Origin: Chrysomallon squamiferum
Taxonomy: Eukaryota; Animalia; Mollusca
Direction of reading: 5' to 3'
NCBI GenBank assembly: GCA_012295275.1
Contig: CM022672.1
Span: 33,232,001-33,296,000 of the forward strand
Length of the DNA stretch: 64,000 nucleotides
This document shows positions 1-17,050 of this stretch, piece by piece. The notes beneath the pieces are model-generated. The model saw only the letters and a list, made by a program, of their open reading frames with translations. It ran no database searches and had not been told where the DNA came from. The position numbers and the translations under genes are program-made. Positions within the stretch are counted from its first letter, which is position 1. Each line of letters opens with the position of its first letter.

Positions 1-4
1 ACAG

Positions 5-247
5 ATAATAAAAATGCTGACAGAGAAGTGCAGAAACCAGGAAGCGATGATAGCAGAGTTTGAATTGAGAGAAGGAGAATACCAGGACTTAGAGACAGAA
101 TCTGATCTTCTGAGACACACAAACAAACACAAACGGATATATTCATTGTTCGAATCTATAAAATTTAAAAACAATTGTAACGTAAATACTAGAACAAGCT
201 TTTTTCTTTTCACTTGGGGAAATGCGAATGAAACAATTTTCCTTTGA
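5..247 (+). CDS. Possible terminal exon fragment of a coiled-coil protein entering from the left edge
   Basis: acag| at position 4, followed by an E/K/L-rich heptad-like frame (MLTEKCRNQEAMIAEFELREGEYQDLETESDLLR). No family recognised. Confidence 0.25.
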   Translation: MIKMLTEKCRNQEAMIAEFELREGEYQDLETESDLLRHTNKHKRIYSLFESIKFKNNCNVNTRTSFFLFTWGNANETIFL

Positions 248-978
248 GCTCGCATTAAATAATAATAAAAAAATTATTATTTTTTATAAATTATATTTTA
301 ACATGTATAAATTTATGGATATCTATTTAATGCTGAGCTGTCGGTAAATTCTGTTCTTGGTAGATAGGTTAAAAGCTAACTTCATTTAAAGTTGTTTGTT
401 TTGTCGTTGTGAAATCCTTTCGTAATATCATAGTCGATAACCACAAAACACACATAGAAACATAAATACAATCCACAAAAAAAAAAAAAAAAAAAAAAAA
501 ATCCTGTTTATTTATGAACGAACTTCAAGTCCGGTTTCGTTTCTTTCTAAACGTAGCAAACTGTGAAATCCGATACATCACAGAAGGTACACAGAAGTAA
601 CATTTTCTAAGAAACAGAACAGGTAATTTTTTTTTTTCTCCCCCTTTCATTACCTCGAAAGTTGCGAAACCCTTCAGATTTATCTACGTAATAACCAGGT
701 CGACAAAAGTATGCTACATTCGACTTAACAAGAGTCGATATACAACGGGTGCAAGTACAATCGTTGTTTAATCTAACAAGACGTGAAATTTGTTGTGCGT
801 AGTTTCGCCTTGCCCTGTCGCGAACAATCTACCCCGTGTGCGTTCATGCGTGACAAGGCCGAATTAACCTGCGCGCGGAGAGCACTAGAGCCTGAAGCTA
901 GCTAATAATACAGCAAATCAGAGTTTCATCCAATAACCCGCCACTAGGAAGTATGTAACGTTCACTCCAACCCAGACT

Positions 979-1009
<31 letters not shown>

Positions 1010-2199
1010 TTTGTTTCTCATATAGCCTAAATGATGTCGGGATACCTGGACCAAGTGTTTTGATAGTAGTAAAGTGGTATTGAGGGCTATGGTCCGTTTT
1101 TTTTAATTTTTTTATTTATTTATATTAAGTGAATATAGCTCAGTAGATAGCAGTACTCTGGTAGTGATGCTGATGAGTGTGTTACATTATAAGTGAACAG
1201 AACTCCGCAAAATAACGAGATGACATGGAATGGTGTTTCCTACGTTTGTCCAAGGACGTTTTTTTATTTTTTTTTTTTTTTTTTTTTCTCTCACTACATC
1301 CAGGGTATCATCTGATACTCACGAGAATCATGCAAACTAGCCGATGTCCAGAGATATTGACACAGACTATAACACGAATACAACAGACGGACCAAAGTTA
1401 ATTCCCGTACCAACCCAACTCCTGCCTAGTCAAACCCCAGTGCTGTTGTAGTAGACAGATTTTGACTAGGTGGGAGGTCACCGTCTGTACTTTAAGCAGT
1501 TTTGCAATTTCTGACGTCACAACGTTGAATTATGTTGCAATACAGTCCGGTTATTTATATGTGCGTGTGTGTGTGTGTGTGTGTTTATATATATACGTAC
1601 CTATTTGTGTTTATATATCTATATCTATATAATTATATATATACGTGCGCGCGCACACACACACACATAGATACACTACTGTCTTATTGCGCTTGCCCCA
1701 TAGTTGAATAAATGGGGGGGGAGGGGCAATTTGAAAGTGATATACGATCCAAACTTCCGGTTAAACTTCATCTACACCATCTACGAGCAGTTATTTTTTA
1801 AAACTTTGTTTAATTAAAGGATTTCTTCTTTATATTACAGTTATTACACTTTTACAAAACTCAGTTTATTTTTGTTTAATTAAAGGATTTCTTCTTTATA
1901 TTACAGTTATTACACTTTTCCTACACTCAATTTGTTTTTATATCAAAGGAGGATATACATTTTTTTTAGATGTTGGGGTAGGGCATGGAGCAAAAAAAAA
2001 AAAAGGGTTGGGAAAAAAACAACACTGCGTTATTGGCTCATATTCGATTAGTACGGAGTTTCAACGTTAATTCGCTGTTAAAGTTATCGTGTATGAGAAC
2101 TTACTACTACAAAGTGACTTGTAGTAACAGCTCACAGTGACGTAATCAATGATTAGTTGAAGTACAGACTCCATAGTTCAGTCACAATGGAGTGCATTT

Positions 2200-2231
<32 letters not shown>

Positions 2232-2790
2232 CATGTGTGTGTGTGTACATACTAACACTAAACACAGTCATACACTCACACATTTTTATATATATATATA
2301 TATACACACACATATATACATTATGTATGTATATATGTGTATAAATATATATATATATATATGTATACACACACATACATACATACATACACACATAATA
2401 TGTATCTGTGTATGTATATATATATATATATATGTGTGTGTATTTATATATACAAATTTCAACACTTATTTCACAATATATGATAAGCAGGAAATAAAAA
2501 AATCTGTATAATATTTCCTTATCTCTTCCAAAACTAATAAACTTTAGTATAATATTAATAATGATGATGATGATGATAATAATAATAATCACAAGTCCAT
2601 GAAACAACACAAACATAAATACGACACACACAGGTACACATACACACTCACACACACATAAACACACACATATACTCATAATTAATGTAAAAATATACTT
2701 GAAAAAAAAATGTGCTTGAAACGTCAATATTCATGTGTGCTTATGAAAGCGAGACGAAAGTTATGTATGGTTCTGTGAGTATATATATTA

Positions 2791-2827
<37 letters not shown>

Positions 2828-3009
2828 TGTGTATGTTATTGTGTATGTTTCTTTGTATGTATAATTTTATTAATGAAACACTAATAAATTTATACATTAT
2901 AAGTGTTGTGTGTGTGTGTGTGTGTGTTTTATACATATGGGTTTATATATGTGTGTTTGTGTGTGTGTGTGTGTGTGTTTATATTTATACATCAAATTAA
3001 AACACTGAT

Positions 3010-3089
3010 AAAAACAGGAGTGTGTATTATCAAAGTACTTGTTTGTGTGAGTCAATGTAAATACACAATCCAACAGTAAACGCCTAGAA

Positions 3090-3121
<32 letters not shown>

Positions 3122-3175
3122 ACTCATACACGCACTTCTCTTAAATAAATAATAACATTAAAACGTACAAGTAAA
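3010..3175 (+). repeat. Dispersed ~165-bp repeat; second copy at ~12830-12995
   Basis: Both copies share aaacagg.gtgt.ta..atcaaag..cttgttt...cgc.tagaaa(ca)n..cgcacttctcttaa. Confidence 0.65.
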
Positions 3176-3553
3176 TATTATAGTTAAAAAAAAATAAACG
3201 TACAAATCAGACGCTATTATAAAACAAACTCGACTTACCTGTATATACATTTATATATATACACACGTATATTATATACACATGTATTGTATTGTACCTT
3301 GGCCAGGTAAGATATACAGTTTATATTCCGTATCGGGGATCACGTGTGTTATTCTTGCCAACTAACACACAAAGAAACAAACTAACAACGCACGAATTTC
3401 AGCGAGAACCCTCTCTAAGTCACTCTCCGTTTTTCCCTGATAATGGAAACAGATTATCGATTTGTTGTCGAACTCTTAACACGAAAAACCCACAACAAAG
3501 AATACGACAGAAAAGAGATAGTAGAGCAAATACGTGAAAAATGTTTCACTCAC

Positions 3554-3620
3554 CTAAATCGCTAATGTAGTTCAGTTCTAAAAATAGCCTGATGACGAAA
3601 TGAGTGCACAGCTGATCCAT
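3554..3620 (-). CDS. Possible first coding exon of an unidentified minus-strand gene (MDQLCTHFVIRLFLELNYISDL-)
   Basis: gcgccaATGG start context in a locally GC-richer patch, ending at a strong G|GTGAGT donor. No downstream exon was identified. Confidence 0.25.
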
Positions 3621-4031
3621 TGGCGCGCCTCCTTTCTTAGAGAACGATTACGAAAAGTCGGGGGGGGGGTTGATTTATTCACGTCTGCTTTGATACTCGT
3701 CTAGAAAAACTTGTTTTTATTGTTGTCGTCGTCATTATTAATTAATTTGTTTGTTCGTTTGTTTGTTTATTATTATTATATTTATTTTTATTATTATTAT
3801 ATTATTATATTTATTTTTATTATTATTATTATTATATTTATTTTATTATTATTATTATATTTATATTTATTATTATTATAATTAGTATTATTGTTGTTGT
3901 AGTTGCTGTTGGTGTTGTTATGATTATTATTATGTTTTAACTTGTTTACATTTATATATGTATTTATTTTATAAATTACATTGATGGGGTATTTATAACT
4001 ATTAGAAATACGTTTAAATGATGACTTTGTG

Positions 4032-4064
<33 letters not shown>

Positions 4065-4332
4065 TAAAAATCATAATAATACGATGAAAATGATGATGAT
4101 GATGATAATGTCATGATAATAATAATTGTTATTGATATTTTAATTATAATATTATAGTAATAATAATAACGATGATGATGATGATGATGATAATGATGAT
4201 TATAGGTATAAATAATAAAAGAGTTATGACATGTTTTATTATTTCTGAGCAAATCATATGTGTGTACGTACGTGTGTTGATACACACATTCATACGTACA
4301 CACATAATACATGTATCTGGAGAAAGTGTGTC

Positions 4333-4337
<5 letters not shown>

Positions 4338-4398
<61 letters not shown>
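4338..4398. repeat. (AG)n microsatellite
   Basis: Perfect dinucleotide run. Representative of many (AG), (AC), (AT), (AAT) and (ATTT) runs across the window. Confidence 0.97.
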
Positions 4399-4401
<3 letters not shown>

Positions 4402-5246
4402 AATAAAATACACCGACAATAAAAAGGAAATTTTTCTACGTAAAATGAATTATATTATATCGATACTCACAAAGAGAAACACATTATTAATACATTCTAT
4501 CTGCAGGTTTGTCGACACACAATTCGATTAGAGTTACCTCCCTTCGTTAAGTCATTTAAGTAACGGTTCGAGCACTGCTCAGAATTTTCATATTTTCAAT
4601 GATAATCATGTTGATGATGATGATTAAGGTAATGACGATGATAATAATAAAATGATGATGATGATATAGTTTGCAGCATTGTAGCTTTTATTTCGATCTT
4701 CCTAAACAGGATTTGATACATCTGTTGTTGACACTGGCTATTGCTAAAAATAGACAAATGTAATCACTATAAAAAGAATCGATGCACAGACCTAAAACAT
4801 CGACAGCAAAGGCTGACACTTACACTTACCTTCCTGCTATAATTAAGCATACAGTTAGAATAATAAGTTTATTTACTGAAAAAAGGAACAAGAATAAAAA
4901 GGGACAATTCTAAATGAAACTGATAATAACCGTTAACAACATGTAGCGGTCTAATCCGAAACTACACAAGAAATTGTGATTTAATATTTCTTACCAGATT
5001 TATAACGACGTAGTGAAAGACGTTCGTAAGATCTGTCAGTGTCACAGTAGACTAACCATTGTCACTCAGTTAAAATCATCATCATCATCATCATCATTTT
5101 TATTTTGGTTTTTATTGTTATTGTTATTGTTTTGTTATTATTTTGTTATTAATTTTACTGTATTATTATAATTTATAATACAGTAATAATTATTTTTATC
5201 ATGACCATCATCCGCCTGCTAATCATCATCATCATCATCATCATCA

Positions 5247-5281
<35 letters not shown>

Positions 5282-5460
5282 GTTAGTATTATTATAAACT
5301 AGGTTCAGATTTTGTAGATCGCAGGTTTATAAACCTCTGAAACGACGGTTAAGGTTATATGTTTAAGGTTGAGGTTATACGCTTAAGGTTATAAGGTTTT
5401 GGAGTCCTCCATTGAAATATTTTATTTATTTTGTAGATTTTTGAATGAAATCCGAGCTCT

Positions 5461-5462
<2 letters not shown>

Positions 5463-5542
<80 letters not shown>
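5463..5542. repeat. (AG)n microsatellite
   Basis: Perfect dinucleotide run. Confidence 0.97.
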
Positions 5543-5548
<6 letters not shown>

Positions 5549-5667
5549 CTGAAATAAAAAACTTTTAAGGAAATCAGCTAATTAATACTGATAAAACTGA
5601 CTATTTTAAATAACTCTTTATTGCACAGTAATATTACAATATACAAAATATACAAAATATGCAAATC

Positions 5668-5723
<56 letters not shown>

Positions 5724-6246
5724 GTATTGATCACTCAGCAGGAAAATCACAGCATTCGTTGTGGAAAATGAAAGCAAAAGTAAATTCTCACTTTGTGAAC
5801 TTTTCTTAAACCCTCAGAAAAATATTGCAAGAATGTATTTACACACACACACACATACATACACACACACACACGTACACACACACACTCACACACACAG
5901 TCTATCTAATACACACATACAGATATAGACGCACAAACGTATGTTTCAGTAATCACATATATACACATTACTACTGATTTCGGTGCAAGAAAATTAACTT
6001 CAAATGTGCGAAATAATTTAAATGAAATATATTATATGGACAAAGAAAGATACTTTTTTTTTCTTCCAGACATACACATACATATATATATACATATATA
6101 CCTGTGTGTGTGTGTATGTGTATATGTGTGTACACACACACACAGAGGAGGGAAGATAAAGAGAAGTGTTAATTCATAAGGAGATATGGTCATAACAAAA
6201 TTATGTACAGTTTATTTCTCTAGTAAAACCCGGTCTGTGTAATCTA

Positions 6247-10113
<3,867 letters not shown>

Positions 10114-10300
10114 TGTCTGTCCATTATTTGTCTGTAAAATACAGGTAAAGTTTACTTCGTTTCTATATAAACACACACACAGACACACACACGCACGCAC
10201 ACACACAGAGTAATATAAATATCACGGTAAACACACACACACACAGAGTCATATAAATAACACATAAACACACACCCAAACACAGAGAGATATTATATTA

Positions 10301-10359
<59 letters not shown>

Positions 10360-10758
10360 GTGGGTAAAATATACATGTCCATCAGTCTGACTATATGTAT
10401 GTTTAATGTTTGTATGTATATAATATATATATATATATATTATGTAACTGACTTTCTGTCTCTCTATATCTGTGTCTTGCTTGTTTTGTTTCTGCCTGTG
10501 TGACTGTGTCTCTCTCTATATATCAATATCTATCTATCAGTATGTTTGTCTCTCTGTGTATGTGTATGTGTCCGTTTGTCTGTCCATCTCTCTGTCAGCT
10601 TCTCCGACTCTCTAACTGTTTGTATGGCTATTTCTGTTTACAGCTGTGCGTATTTTCTGTTTAGTTATATAAACATACCTTCTTTCAGCATATGTGTGAA
10701 TATATAACACGCATCCACACAGACACACATACAAACCTGCACACACACGTATATGTAC

Positions 10759-10796
<38 letters not shown>

Positions 10797-10969
10797 GCAC
10801 ACACACACATACACACAAACACAAACACGCACACCACACTGGTATAATGGTATACACACATACATGCATACAATAAAAGTAATTAGTTTATATAAAATAT
10901 GTTGTTTATTATTAGAATAATAGAAACACTGCAGGTGTTTAACACGTGGGCGTGCACACACACAAACAC

Positions 10970-11490
10970 CCACACAAACACACAAAGTTTATATGTAAAT
11001 AGTTTTCATTATTATTAAACACACACAAACACACAAAGTTTATATGTAAAGTGTTCATTATTATTAAACACACAAAGTTTATATGTAAATAGTTTTCATT
11101 ATTATTAAACACACACAAACACACATACACAAAGTTTGTATTAAATAAAGTTAATTATCATTAAACACAAACACACACACGCACACAGTTCATATGTAAA
11201 TAGTATTCATTATTATTAAACACACAAACAAAGTTTATATGTAAATAATTTTCATTATTATTAAACACACACAAACACAAAATTTATATATAAATAGTGT
11301 TAATTATTATTAAACACACAAACACACACACAAAGTTTGTATGTAAATAATGTTCATTATTAATAAACGCACACAAACACACACACAAAGTTTGTATTAA
11401 ATAGTGTTCATTATTATTAAACACACACAAACACACATACACACACAAAGTTTATATGTAAATAGTGTTCATTATTATTAAACATAAAAA
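10970..11490. repeat. Minisatellite with a ~45-60 bp unit
   Basis: About ten copies of cacacaaagtttatatgtaaatagtgttcattattattaaa(ca)n. Confidence 0.9.
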
Positions 11491-13024
11491 AACTCACACG
11501 CACATACAAATACATGCGAGCCCCTACTCACATATAAATGTTTACGTTTGTATGTATGTATTTTTCTACCTAGTATAATTTTTAAAAATACCGTTCTAGA
11601 TAAATACGTAATTTCTTTTTCTTAAAACAGAGAAATGTACAGTTGATTTTATCAGTCAATACATGATGTGATGTAATATGATATGATGTGATGTTATGTA
11701 TATGTGTCTGTGTGTGTGTATTTAAGAAAGAGAAATTGCGTAAGATCTAAAAATATATTGCTTAAAAGGATACAGATTATATATAGATATAAACATACAT
11801 ACACACAAACAGATAAAAAGATACTTAAAAAAAAAGAAAAAAAAGAAAAGAAAATGAAGAAAACGAACACAGGTACACAACGTATATACACACATACACC
11901 CCAAACACAAACACAAAAGAAAGATTTATTTTTAAGGTTAAAAACTGAAACATCTACTCGCAGTTAACCTCAGACAGATTTACTCTCTGTCGTAGCAACA
12001 ACACGAACAACACGACAGAACAAAACCTGATTACGTCACAGAAACCTGTAAGGTAAAATATATTAGCTGCGAGAACAAAGTAAAAAAAAAAAACGTTAAC
12101 ACTCACCTCATTCAACGACTCTTCATAGGCTGGGTCATGGGGTCACTTGCTTGTCTACATATCCACGAAACACTTCCATAGCAACTTACTTTTTAAAGTG
12201 GAGTTTTAAAACAACGTCAGTTTTTATATCCCCTTCCCAGAAAAGAAAAAAAAAAGAAGAAGAAATATTGACTCCACAAGTACCAGAGACTGGAGGTTGT
12301 GTTTTTTTGTTGTTGTTTTTTTTCTTCCTGGTCTGACAACAGGGTTTAGTAGCCTGTAGGCAAGTGTTGTCCCACTTAGCAAACGATCCATGCACAATGA
12401 AGGCTATTGTGCCGAGTAACTTGGTCGTAGTCGCTCGTTTGACAGAAAAAAGTAGACATACCTGTACTGAGGTATACTTACTTACCTGTTTGTTTACCTA
12501 ACCACGTGTCAGGGCTATGGCGAAGTTGGTTAATGTTCTGTCTGGAGGCTTAGTTTGTGTGTCCTAGGATCAATGCTTTTTCAGTGTGTGTGCGTGTGTG
12601 TGTGTGTGGTGTGTGTGTGTGTGAATGTACTCTTGTGTTTGTATTTATGTGGGTGTGTGGGTGTATATATATACATATATAAATTTTTGTATATACATAC
12701 ACACACTCACAAATACGTGTGTATATGAATTTATGTATTGTTTCACATCTGTATGTAGTGTGTATCTAGTTACTGTTTATATGTGTATATATTGTACATG
12801 TCTTGTGAATATATATATTTATACATAAAATTAAACAGGGGTGTATATAATCAAAGCGCTTGTTTATCTCAGTCAGTGTAATGTAGATATATACACAGTA
12901 TAACAGTACACGCTTAGAAACACACACACACACACACACACACACGCACTTCTCTTAACAAATAAATAAACACGTAAAATTATATACAGGTAAAAATACA
13001 CCTAAAAAATATCTATATATCTAG

Positions 13025-13062
<38 letters not shown>

Positions 13063-13138
13063 ATATATGGTCACAATTAGTAGTTGGAAGTTCGTTTTCT
13101 CTCATTCGGAATGGATGCATGCGTTCATCTAAACATTG

Positions 13139-13184
<46 letters not shown>

Positions 13185-13220
13185 AATAAAAAAACTATAT
13201 AAAATAAAAAACAACAAAAG

Positions 13221-13253
<33 letters not shown>

Positions 13254-13772
13254 AAATAAAATAAAAAATAATAAAAAAAAAAATAAAATAAAAAAAAAAA
13301 AATAAAAAATAAAAAATAAAATTAAAAATAAGAGTAATGTTTTATATATATATATCTAGACAGTTCTAACATGAAGCATTATTTCTTTATTTTTAATTTT
13401 CTTTATTAAAACTTTATTTCTTTATTTATTATTATTATTGCTCTGACAACGACAAAACAAGGCCATAAAAAGTTAAAAACTGTAAAATTAAATAAAATTT
13501 AGTTCTGTACATTATTCCAACTGTGAATTTAAAGTAAATTTATATATGTTGTAAAATTATATTATTCTAAAATGCTTAATCATTGTATTTCTGCTATTAC
13601 TAAAACCGCTTCGGAAAATTCGAATCAGTGATTTTCCGGACAACCTTTCCCTTCGTGTTATTTCGTTAAATGGATGGTCTGCATAAAGGGAAATAATTCT
13701 GTTCTCGTCAACAGATTACACACAACAGTTTCCTGCGTTATTTTAATTCGTTTATATTATCGTGCCGTTTGT

Positions 13773-13916
13773 GTTCACGGAATGTTGTGCATTTCGCAAT
13801 AAGTGCATTTCGCATTAAGATCGTGTGGTGTGTACGCCTATATATAAATATATACATACACCACAGGACCCTATTGCAAAATGCATTTATTGCGAAATGC
13901 TCAGCATCCCGTGAAC
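13773..13916. mobile_element. Palindromic (foldback) MITE-like element, ~144 bp
   Basis: The left arm GTTCACGGAATGTTGTGCATTTCGCAATAAGTGCATTTCGCATTAAGATCGTGTGGTGT pairs with the right arm ACACCACAGGACCCTATTGCAAAATGCATTTATTGCGAAATGCTCAGCATCCCGTGAAC around an AT-rich loop. Confidence 0.7.
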
Positions 13917-14021
13917 TAGATCAAGGTCAGTGACGTCATTAAAGGAATGGAGATAAATATATATAATAAAAACAACGACGTACATACACACATGCACATA
14001 GTTGACACCGTTAGTTTGTCA

Positions 14022-14060
<39 letters not shown>

Positions 14061-14198
14061 CAAAGCAACAATGACAACAACAATAATTGAAAATAAAAAA
14101 GAAAAAGAAAAAAGAAAAATGTCATATTTTGTGATGTACAATAATAATAAAGCTGTAAATTAAAATTAATTGTTTCTTGGGAAACATTCTGTTCTTGA

Positions 14199-14238
<40 letters not shown>

Positions 14239-14356
14239 TCTTTATTAATTTGGCTCTGCTGTGAGATATAAATAAATCAATAAATCAATAAATCAATTTT
14301 CATACTCCTAGTGAATGGAATGTTTTAAAACCTATACAACTTCCGATTCAGTTTTC

Positions 14357-14414
<58 letters not shown>

Positions 14415-14417
14415 TTA

Positions 14418-15062
14418 AGGGTTCATACAGCTTGGGCTGTCATTTCCATAATTTTTTTAAAGACTTTCCATAGCCCACAAATCCAATTTCCAAAACCATT
14501 TCCAAGCAAACACTACTACAACAAAGTGTTTTTTTTCTTCTTTTTTTTTTTTTTGCAGTTTTTAAACGTTTGTCAGAGATAAAACTTGCCTTTACGAAGC
14601 TAAGTGGTATACATGTAGGATTTAATTCATTTTGGCGTTCTAAAATGAAGTTTTATTCTTGGAGTGGAGTTGACTATGATGATATGTAAGGCAGATTGCC
14701 ACAAACATGAATACAGAAGTACTGCAATGGTCATTCAGATTATAGATACATGTATCGCAAGCGCAGATAGGCAAGTTAATCTTTCAGGATGAGGCTAAAA
14801 CCGAACCACTAAGAAAACGGAACTATTTTCGTGTGCTAGGCTATAATGGCGCCTGTTTATGTTGGTTAAAACGGAGTGTTGGGTCGGTGCTAAATATTTG
14901 TCAAACAAAGAAGTTTTTGTTACAGTTCATTTTCGGCAAGGACATAATTTTCTAAATATTTTCCATAGTCAAGGTAACAAGATGTGACTTTCCAAAAAAT
15001 TTAAGGTCCTGGAAAACACTGTGACGGATTTCGAAAACTTCCCAAGACTATCCATAACGCGT

Positions 15063-15063
<1 letters not shown>
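14418..15063. mobile_element. Non-autonomous hAT-like DNA element inside a (TAA)n tract
   Basis: Begins AGGGTTCATAC, has subterminal TTTCCA(T/A) repeats at both ends and ends CCATAACGCGTAT with an eroded right TIR. Both flanks are (TAA)n. The superfamily call rests on terminus pattern only. Confidence 0.5.
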
Positions 15064-15093
<30 letters not shown>

Positions 15094-16139
15094 GAGGCAA
15101 AATCACTAAGTGGGCATTTGTTGGAAATTTAGTGACAATACATTTTCACTTTTAAATAATTTGTAATCATTGCCGGAGATCAAGGGAACAGAATTGCAGG
15201 TAGGTGGATTAGTGAATGTTATAATAAATAAAAATAAACAAAAAACAACAACGATCAATAATTACAATTTAATAATAAAAATAATAATAAGTTAATAATA
15301 ATAATAATAATAAAATTTAAATATGGCCGAGAAACACACACACACTTAATAATAGTTTGTTCAGGCACAGATTTTGTAAAAGAGTTTGATGACGTCAGAA
15401 CATTGAGGCACTTGTTATCAGGGAACAATTTTGATGAATGAGGTTAATTTTAACACTATTAAAAAATCTTGAGTTCGTGAAACTGAAAAATTTTAACTTA
15501 AATTTGATCAGTTTTTGTTTTGAAAGAAAAAAAAAAAAAAAAAAAAAAAGAAATTAAAAAGGAGGAAATTTTATTTAAATAAATAAAAAAAAAAAAAAAA
15601 AAAGGAAGAAAAACCGAAACAAAACAGGACAATAAAAGAAAGGACAATTAAAAACAAATTTTTTGTTTTCAAACAAAATCATTTCTACAAATATTTTTCT
15701 TGGAGAAAGACCACTTTATTCATTATTATTCATTTTTATTTTACTTGAATTTCAAAGCTGTTTGTATTTTGACTTAAAGGACTTTTAACTAATATTTTGG
15801 GGTTTTGGTTTAAAAGCTTTTTTAAAGTGTTTTAGTTCAACTCAGCATATATGATTAAACCACTTCACAGGAATCAAATGATGACATATATTATTCAATA
15901 TATTATCCAAATTTAATTATTATTTTTTTTATTTCAAATAACATTATTTCTTCACTGATATCCAAGTGATACCAATGTTAAGAACATCATTTATTTTATA
16001 TATTTTTGCAGACAAGAAAAGAAATGTTTTAGAAGTGAAAATTAAAATTGTTTTATCAGTGAGGAATATGAGTAAGTTGTGTTATAAAATATTTTTTGTC
16101 TTCAGTTTAGAGAATTATAAATTTGAGACACACTTCTTC

Positions 16140-16326
16140 ATGTTGTTATTGCTTTGTTTTATTATTATTATTATTATTATTATTTAATATTATTATTGAC
16201 AATTAGGTGTATGTGTGTATGTATGTATGTATGTCATAGATAAAAGGTAGTTTTTATTATATATATTTTTCTCCATTGGTTTAATTGACCTTGGTCTAGT
16301 TCATGGGACACTGAGCATTTTGAAAT
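16140..16326 (-). repeat. Inverted, diverged copy of 13890-14085
   Basis: ttgaccttggtctagttcatgggacactgagcatttt is the near reverse complement of aaatgctcagcatcccgtgaactagatcaaggtca; similarity extends to ttgctttgtttt(att)n. Confidence 0.7.
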
Positions 16327-17050
16327 ATATATATAAATATAAAGAAAGAATATGAATAGCTTTGAATAAGCCCAAACTTGTTATTAATCTCATATCCATT
16401 TCTTGTCTAGCTGGGTGTTGACAAAATGTATTACTAAAATTCAGAAAAAAATCATTTATATACTTGATTACTTATCTTTTATTTCATATTATACTTTTAC
16501 GATTTCATTGGATCTATGTCTGGAAGTTAAACAAATATTTATCTCTTGGCTTGGTGAATGTGGAAGAGATAATTAAATGCACACACATACAAACATACAA
16601 GTTTTATAATCAGATTAATTTTTATTTGGTTTAGACAATTTTTAAAGATGAATTTTAGAGTAGTTATTTCCCTTTGTTAGCAAATATACATCAAATAAGA
16701 GTTATCAAAATTGATTATATTTTACATCCAGATTATAACTTGATGTTACATCTTAATTATTTTCAGGCTAAATCTGTTTTGTTTAAGATCCTTTGTCTGT
16801 AATCCTGAAATCTGAAATCAATAATTATTTTCAACCAAAAAACAACCGTGTATATTATTGAAACCTCTTTTCTGGCTAATGTGTATTGAAATCATTTTTG
16901 TCTTTGAGAATTGAAAGTCATTGTCAGTTGCCCAAATAAACCTGTAATTTACGTTCAGAAATGCTCATAATTTTTTTTTTTTTTTTTATTTAAATTTAAA
17001 ATGAACATTTCTTAATTTTAATGGCACATTTAAAATTTAGCAGTGTTTCA

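Noticed and set aside
1805-1919. ~50-bp direct duplication with 66-bp spacing
   Set aside because: Simple local slippage duplication with no functional signal.
2182-4419. Many 60-180 aa ORFs (poly-CV, HT, I, N, SL)
   Set aside because: Translations of (GT)n, (AT)n, (AAT)n and (AG)n microsatellites. The same applies to similar ORFs throughout the window.
11968-12490. Additional coding exons of the RING gene
   Set aside because: Donor and acceptor motifs are present (~12107, ~12486, ~11968-12045) but only short frames with stops; at most 5' UTR exons, unprovable without transcripts.
13139-13330. Long poly(A)-rich tract as a retrocopy or LINE tail
   Set aside because: No recognisable upstream ORF or target-site duplication; likely low-complexity sequence or assembly noise.
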